Source: a virus. Taken from it: a stretch of DNA of 39,201 bases. Below are positions 34,748 to 39,201 of this stretch, piece by piece. The notes beneath the pieces were generated by a model that saw only the letters and a list, made by a program, of their open reading frames with translations, was not told where the DNA came from and did no database searches. Position numbers and translations under genes: made by a program. The stretch lies in UHGV virus genome UHGV-0121072; one strand, 5' to 3'. Position 1 is the stretch's first letter. Every line of letters starts with the position of its first letter.

Positions 34748-35598
34748 AGGATGACCTCCTTGGACTTAGGGTCATAGTCGGAGGCTCGACAAATACGAGC
34801 GACCTGAGCTTGGACCAGAAGTTCCTCCTCGGTCATCCCAGCTTTAGCAGCCAGAGTCACCATGCAGTCCCACAACGTCATGTCCTCTCGCTTAGGATAC
34901 TTCTTCCACTCAGTCTTAATCTGGCCTTTGTTCTTACCAGTCTTAAGCTCACGGCTCTCCTGCACGAAGTAGTATGGCTCGTCAAGGAACTCACGAGTTG
35001 TGTCCTCACCCATACCCGGAATCCCACCGTAGCCATCTGTAGTATCACCCTTGATGGTCTGCTCCATGTGCCAGTAGTCTGCCTCGGCAGTCGTATGACT
35101 CAGGATTTCACCAGTTGTCAACCAGAAGAACTCACAGTTCGGGATGGTCTTGAAGTCCTTATCACAGGACACCAGCACCGCATGGTCGCACCCAACAATC
35201 TGAGGTCGAGTACCAATGATACCCATGCAGTCATCGCCCTCAAGCGTAGGACGCAGGAAGCTGTTGAACCGTGGGTCAGCCATCACTTCGGCTACGAACT
35301 TCTTGTAACCTACAGGCTTGCGAGAACCTTTACGGTTGGCCTTATAGGTAGGTAGGACGTCCTTACGCCAGTTGTAATCGTCGGTGAAGCACATCACAAT
35401 CTTAGCGTCTTTCCACGCCTTGCGCTTCTTAACGATTTCAGCTATGGTGTTCTCAAGGATACGACGAGCCTTCTCGTGGTCGCAGATAAGTGTCCAGATG
35501 TCATCACCCCAGTCTGTCTCGTCCTCGGCAGCAGCCATAGAGGAGAAGACCAGATAGTCACCATCCAGCACCAGAGCTATCTTCTTCTCAGAACCCAT
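34729..35598 (-). CDS. gp6: 5'-3' exonuclease (FEN-like)
   Basis: 289 aa; CDHEKARRILE, NYKANRK, PVGY, LEGDDCMGIIG, SCDKDFKTIPNCEFFW, WHMEQTIKGDTTDGYGGIPG, TLWDC...AKAGMTEEEL match T7 gp6. Confidence 0.93.
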   Translation of the reverse strand: MGSEKKIALVLDGDYLVFSSMAAAEDETDWGDDIWTLICDHEKARRILENTIAEIVKKRKAWKDAKIVMCFTDDYNWRKDVLPTYKANRKGSRKPVGYKKFVAEVMADPRFNSFLRPTLEGDDCMGIIGTRPQIVGCDHAVLVSCDKDFKTIPNCEFFWLTTGEILSHTTAEADYWHMEQTIKGDTTDGYGGIPGMGEDTTREFLDEPYYFVQESRELKTGKNKGQIKTEWKKYPKREDMTLWDCMVTLAAKAGMTEEELLVQAQVARICRASDYDPKSKEVILWTPSM

Positions 35599-36037
35599 CG
35601 TCTAGACCTCCCGTAGCCATAGCGACCGTAGCTGGCATCAAGGTAACTTTCGGCTCCTCAATACGTTCCAGAGTTACCCCAGGCTTCAGCCATTTGTTGG
35701 CGAACTCATGGGCCATGTCATTATCCTCTGAGTTGAGGTGTGACATCAAGCTCCAGAAGTTGGAAGATATTTCGGTCTCCTTCTCAACCTGGCGATATAC
35801 GCCCCAGTCATTTACCTCTGAACCGCAGCTGTCACTCCACATACCACTGGCTACGATGGTCAGCCCGATGAACGGACGCCACTCATAGGCATCAGAGGGA
35901 GACTCTGCGTATGCCTCAACGTCCTTCTCGGTCAAGGTGTATGACCAAGATGCGTAGAACTCATCGTACTTTCTGTGCTCCGTCTCGCACTCACCCATGT
36001 CAAGGACCAGCTCTTTCAGACTTTCAGGTATCTTCAT
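35588..36037 (-). CDS. Strongly acidic 149-aa protein in the gp5.9 (RecBCD inhibitor) position; function unknown
   Basis: ATG at 36037 overlaps gp5.7 stop (ATGA) with GGAGG SD; about 29 Asp/Glu versus about 12 Lys/Arg/His; ends ...GGLDDGF; no resemblance to the 52-aa T7 gp5.9. Confidence 0.55.
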   Translation of the reverse strand: MKIPESLKELVLDMGECETEHRKYDEFYASWSYTLTEKDVEAYAESPSDAYEWRPFIGLTIVASGMWSDSCGSEVNDWGVYRQVEKETEISSNFWSLMSHLNSEDNDMAHEFANKWLKPGVTLERIEEPKVTLMPATVAMATGGLDDGF

Positions 36038-36243
36038 AGACAGCCTCCATGTTGATTCAGGAACTTGGTGCCCGCAGCGGTAATCTCCCATGCACCGTTG
36101 TTACGCCCATCCGTAGACAGGCAGCTCAGATGTCCACGACTCGCAGCCTCAGCCACAAGTGCAGCGTTGTTGCGCACATAGTTGGACTGAAATGTCTTCG
36201 GGCAGGACTTAAGGGCCGCTAGGACCCGTAAGTATTCACTCAT
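36034..36243 (-). CDS. gp5.7: gp5.7 homolog (host stationary-phase sigma factor inhibitor in T7)
   Basis: 69 aa; KSCPKTFQSNYVRNNAALVAEAASRGHLSCL and GGAWEITAAGTKFL nearly identical to T7 gp5.7. Confidence 0.85.
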   Translation of the reverse strand: MSEYLRVLAALKSCPKTFQSNYVRNNAALVAEAASRGHLSCLSTDGRNNGAWEITAAGTKFLNQHGGCL

Positions 36244-36524
36244 TGCTTGACCTCGAATCGCAGGTTGGATACTCTGAACTGGCCATCACCAAAGGCGTCT
36301 ACCAGCTCCTCCTTGATGATCTTCTTGGCGACAATCTCAATGGCAGACTCAGGACCTGACTCGATTGCTGTTTTGACAAGAGCCACCTGAAGTCCATCCA
36401 GCTTCTCACCCTCAGCGTAGGCTTTAGTCATCTCAGCCAGTTGGCGACACACGGTCTCTTCTTCTTTTGAGTTGACAACCATCTTCAGGTCTAAACTCAC
36501 ACGAATACGTTTAGTAATAGCCAT
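36240..36524 (-). CDS. gp5.5: gp5.5-like protein (H-NS-binding protein in T7)
   Basis: 94 aa; N-terminal MAITKRIRVSLDL pattern like T7 gp5.5, plus synteny. Confidence 0.6.
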   Translation of the reverse strand: MAITKRIRVSLDLKMVVNSKEEETVCRQLAEMTKAYAEGEKLDGLQVALVKTAIESGPESAIEIVAKKIIKEELVDAFGDGQFRVSNLRFEVKQ

Positions 36525-36685
36525 TAGCCTTCTCCTTCTTCTTCGTTATGCTCTTTCAGAATTTCATGAATGTCTCGACTGCATGAACCACTGAGGTTTG
36601 GATTATAACCAGACTCCTCGTGTCCACACCACCAAGCTGACCGCATCAGGTCTTTGACCTCCTGCTCGCTATAAGTTTTAGCCAT
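36524..36685 (-). CDS. Candidate 53-aa protein directly after the DNA polymerase gene
   Basis: ATG overlaps the DNAP stop (TAATG) and its TAA overlaps the next ATG; MAKTYSEQEVKDLMRSAWWCGHEESGYNPNLSGSCSRDIHEILKEHNEEEGEG; below the track cutoff. Confidence 0.4.
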   Translation of the reverse strand: MAKTYSEQEVKDLMRSAWWCGHEESGYNPNLSGSCSRDIHEILKEHNEEEGEG

Positions 36686-38856
36686 TAGTGACACTCCTTC
36701 CACGTTGGTCCAATCTTACCTTCGGTATCAAGGACACATTTAAAGTTATAGAACTCACCCACCTTACGCATAGCAAGTTGAGCAATCTTGACGACTTCTT
36801 CGGCAATCTCCTGAGTACGACACGCAATCTGCAATTCGTCATGCACCCAAGCCATGTACGCAAAGTCGCCTTCCCAGCCGTGAACATACCCTGCCTCTTC
36901 GAGCATACGTTCAGTCTCCACAATCCAGTGCTTACAGACTACCGCACCATCACCTTGAAGTAATGCGTTCAGTGCTGAGTGTGGCGACCGGATGTGGATA
37001 CGGCGACCATCAAGTCCACGCAACCAACGGCGTTTCCACTTGACGATGTTCTCTCCGTCCACCCACTTAGAGTCTGAGATTAACGTACTACTAACAGCTT
37101 CCCTGAGGTCTTTGATGGCTGGTGTACCCTCAATGAATTTCTTCATGAGAGCTGAACCTTCCTTCTTACCGCCTCCGACTATCAGTCCAATCTTAGCGGC
37201 CCCTGCACCATACAGGAACGCATAGATGAACGTCTTGGCGTTGTTACGGAAAGCCTCATGATCGTGGTTCGATTTATCGCGTGGGACGTTAGGTGCTAAC
37301 CCAGCGTTTACTGCGTTGGCCCAGTGGATGTCACCTTCTACCACAGTCTTCGCATAGTCACCACCATCAAACGGAGCCGCTCGGTTCCCCAGACAACGAA
37401 GCTCAAGACCTGAGGCATCCACGCCTACTTGAATCCAAGGGTCTGGCTTACCGTCCTTCTTGTTCCACGCTGCACCGAAAGCACCACGGCAAGTCTCACC
37501 ATATGGGGCACCATTAGCCGGGACCTGAGCCATGTTTGGTGAACTATGGGTCGCACGTCCGGTTACTGCCCCGCATGGGTTGATTGAACCGTGCATACGT
37601 CCGTCTGGACCTACAAGTTTCAACCATGCGTTCTTACCTTCAGCCGCCTGACCGATGCGCTTCTGGACTACCAGATACTCACGGACCAGCTCTACGCAAG
37701 CCTGAGCCTCTGCGTCTGGCAACTTAACGTGTTCTAACGTCTCGTCATCGACTACAGGTTTACCAGTGTCAGTGAAGTCAACAGGCTCCCAGCCACGCTC
37801 CATCAGGACTTTCGCTAAGTGGTCTCCGCTTCCCGGATTAAACTCAACGTAAGTGATTGGCGTGAATGGTGCTCCTTCCATCGTGTCTCGCGTATCGAGT
37901 TCACAAGGTTCAAGACCTAAGCGTTGAGCTTTGTTCTTCGGCTTCTTAAAGATGCCACCGACCTTGGGATACACGACTCTCGGATACTTCGGGAGGTCCT
38001 TACCTGTCCGTGGATGCCTGAAGAACTCCTTGCCTCCCTTCGGTGCATACCAGCTACCGAAAGTCGAACGCAGCTTGTCCAGCAACTCCGCACGTTTGAC
38101 GGTGAGTTCACGATATAAGCCTTCGACCATCTCGGTGTTCATCGGATAGCCGTTACGCTCCATCTTCGCACAGGTCCACGCAGCATCATGTTCCAGACGC
38201 AACGCATAAATCTGTTCGAAAGCGAACTGTCCAGACTGGAAGTAATACTTGTCAGTCAGGAACTTCTTGAACAATGCCAGTGTGACCACAACGTCTTGAA
38301 CGTTATAGTCCAGCATCTCCTGAGACGGGAACAACCATTCGTCCCCAGACTTATATTCGATACCTTCGGCCTTGCACTTGGCAACGTAATCGTGTTTGTA
38401 TTCACCCTTCATCTCACCTAGACGATAGCCCCAAGCCTCAAGAGACTGGCGTCCCATCATCTTAGGTGGAAGACGACCAGATTTCACCGCGCCCATGTCT
38501 GAGAACTTAATGTTTGGATACATCAAGCGGCCCAGCACCAAGGTATCAATCATCTTGTGTTTCGGGAAGTTAAAACGTTTCCCAAAGTACAGACGTTTCA
38601 GCTTGTCAATAGCCGGGACGTCATAGTTGATACCGTTGTGAAATACCAGCATACCATCAGGCGATGCGGCAATCTCTTCCACTTTATGAACATACTCTTT
38701 GAAGCCACCGACGATACCGACCATCGGCGCTACCCCATACTTAAGGGTCTCATTCGACTCGGCATTAATCAGGACCCCACAATGGAACTGGGACACGGTG
38801 TCAAGGAGACCGTTTGTCTCGATGTCCGAACCCCAAATATCCTTAAGGTCAAACAT
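36685..38856 (-). CDS. gp5: DNA polymerase (family A, with 3'-5' exonuclease domain)
   Basis: 723 aa from ATG at 38856 (GGGGGA SD); DIETNGLL, FHNGINYDVPAI, QDVVVT, SGSGDHLAK-region, RAAPFDGGDYA, YMAWVHDE match T7 gp5. The track's longer ORF starts at an upstream GTG. Confidence 0.96.
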   Translation of the reverse strand: MFDLKDIWGSDIETNGLLDTVSQFHCGVLINAESNETLKYGVAPMVGIVGGFKEYVHKVEEIAASPDGMLVFHNGINYDVPAIDKLKRLYFGKRFNFPKHKMIDTLVLGRLMYPNIKFSDMGAVKSGRLPPKMMGRQSLEAWGYRLGEMKGEYKHDYVAKCKAEGIEYKSGDEWLFPSQEMLDYNVQDVVVTLALFKKFLTDKYYFQSGQFAFEQIYALRLEHDAAWTCAKMERNGYPMNTEMVEGLYRELTVKRAELLDKLRSTFGSWYAPKGGKEFFRHPRTGKDLPKYPRVVYPKVGGIFKKPKNKAQRLGLEPCELDTRDTMEGAPFTPITYVEFNPGSGDHLAKVLMERGWEPVDFTDTGKPVVDDETLEHVKLPDAEAQACVELVREYLVVQKRIGQAAEGKNAWLKLVGPDGRMHGSINPCGAVTGRATHSSPNMAQVPANGAPYGETCRGAFGAAWNKKDGKPDPWIQVGVDASGLELRCLGNRAAPFDGGDYAKTVVEGDIHWANAVNAGLAPNVPRDKSNHDHEAFRNNAKTFIYAFLYGAGAAKIGLIVGGGKKEGSALMKKFIEGTPAIKDLREAVSSTLISDSKWVDGENIVKWKRRWLRGLDGRRIHIRSPHSALNALLQGDGAVVCKHWIVETERMLEEAGYVHGWEGDFAYMAWVHDELQIACRTQEIAEEVVKIAQLAMRKVGEFYNFKCVLDTEGKIGPTWKECH

Positions 38857-38877
38857 GGTTAATCCCCCGTTTAATCT

Positions 38878-38916
38878 AATCATAAAGGCCACTCGCTGTG
38901 AATGACCTTGAGTCTA
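38878..38916 (-). promoter_or_regulatory. Conserved stem-loop, candidate RNase III site (upstream of gene 5)
   Basis: aatcataaaggccac tcgctgtga atgaccttgagtcta, third near-identical copy of the family. Confidence 0.5.
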
Positions 38917-38919
38917 GAC

Positions 38920-39084
38920 CTAGAAGTCTGTACGTAAGAAGTGGTACATGAACTTACGGTTAGCCTTCTTCCATGCCTTAGAGTCGAACCTTTGGTCTCC
39001 CAGAATGTTGGACAGGCAGGTTGCTTCATCGCTCCACCATTTGTACATGAACCGATGGTAGCGAGCTTTAAGTTTCTTTAGCAC
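38920..39084 (-). CDS. Candidate 54-aa basic protein with GTG start (gene 4.x position)
   Basis: GTG at 39084 with GGAGG SD 7 nt upstream; ends ...RTDF; between gene 4 and gene 5. Confidence 0.3.
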   Translation of the reverse strand: MLKKLKARYHRFMYKWWSDEATCLSNILGDQRFDSKAWKKANRKFMYHFLRTDF

Positions 39085-39126
39085 TAACGGTCCTCCATAA
39101 AATTCTTATAATCAGCTATATCACGC

Positions 39127-39201
39127 CTAGAAGTCTTGATCTTCCCACGAGCCGCTATCCTCTTCTCCGCTGCTGCCAGTGAAGCTAATTGGTTCAAGCC
39201 A
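39127..39201 (-). CDS. gp4: DNA primase/helicase, C-terminal 24 codons (continuation of 1..1626 across the window boundary)
   Basis: Minus-sense WLEPISFTGSSGEEDSGSWEDQDF* matches the acidic T7 gp4 C-terminus and joins in frame to ...LEYNKTTG ending at position 1. Confidence 0.85.
   Translation of the reverse strand, partial: WLEPISFTGSSGEEDSGSWEDQDF

Noticed and set aside
38857-38892. Longer N-terminal extension of DNA polymerase (track ORF starts at 38892); similar upstream extensions for gp11 (29345), gp9 (31722), gp2 (4678), the acidic protein (36091) and the 134-aa ORF (2790)
   Set aside because: The extended starts are GTG/TTG or ATGs without an SD, and some run through stem-loops or into the upstream gene. 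The chosen internal ATGs have good SDs and give N-termini aligning with T7 proteins.

Overview
This 39,201-bp window reads as an essentially complete genome of a T7-like podophage (T7/T3-type gene order), given as the reverse complement and circularly permuted. All credible genes are on the minus strand. Gene 4 (primase-helicase) is split by the window edge: 1626..1 continues in frame at 39201..39127, so the sequence behaves as circular, with any direct terminal repeat collapsed. Reading the minus strand from high to low coordinates: DNA polymerase (5), 5.5/5.7, exonuclease (6), 6.7, 7, 7.3, portal (8), scaffold (9), capsid (10A/10B), Tphi-like terminator, tail tubular A/B (11/12), internal virion proteins (13-16), tail fiber/tailspike (17), holin, small terminase, spanins, large terminase (19), a non-coding terminal repeat region, sigma70-type early promoters, Ocr (0.3), small early genes, RNA polymerase (1), 1.1/1.2, ligase (1.3), 1.6/1.7, gp2, SSB (2.5), HNH endonuclease, endonuclease I (3), lysozyme (3.5), then gene 4. 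Eleven copies of a phage promoter with minus-sense consensus CTAAACTATCACTATAGG(G/A) punctuate the genome. No bacterial defence system, CRISPR array, tRNA or rRNA is present. The candidates for novel biology are accessory genes absent from canonical T7: a highly acidic 149-aa protein in the gp5.9 (RecBCD-inhibitor) slot, an IS-type HTH protein flanked by conserved stem-loops in the early region, a 108-aa early protein where T7 has its protein kinase, an ASCH/DUF3850-like gene between the tail tubular genes, a 134-aa gene between endonuclease I and lysozyme, and a tailspike with a sialidase-like C-terminal domain. All homology calls are by comparison with T7 protein sequences recalled from memory; no database search or computation was run, and coordinates of non-ORF elements are approximate to a few bases.
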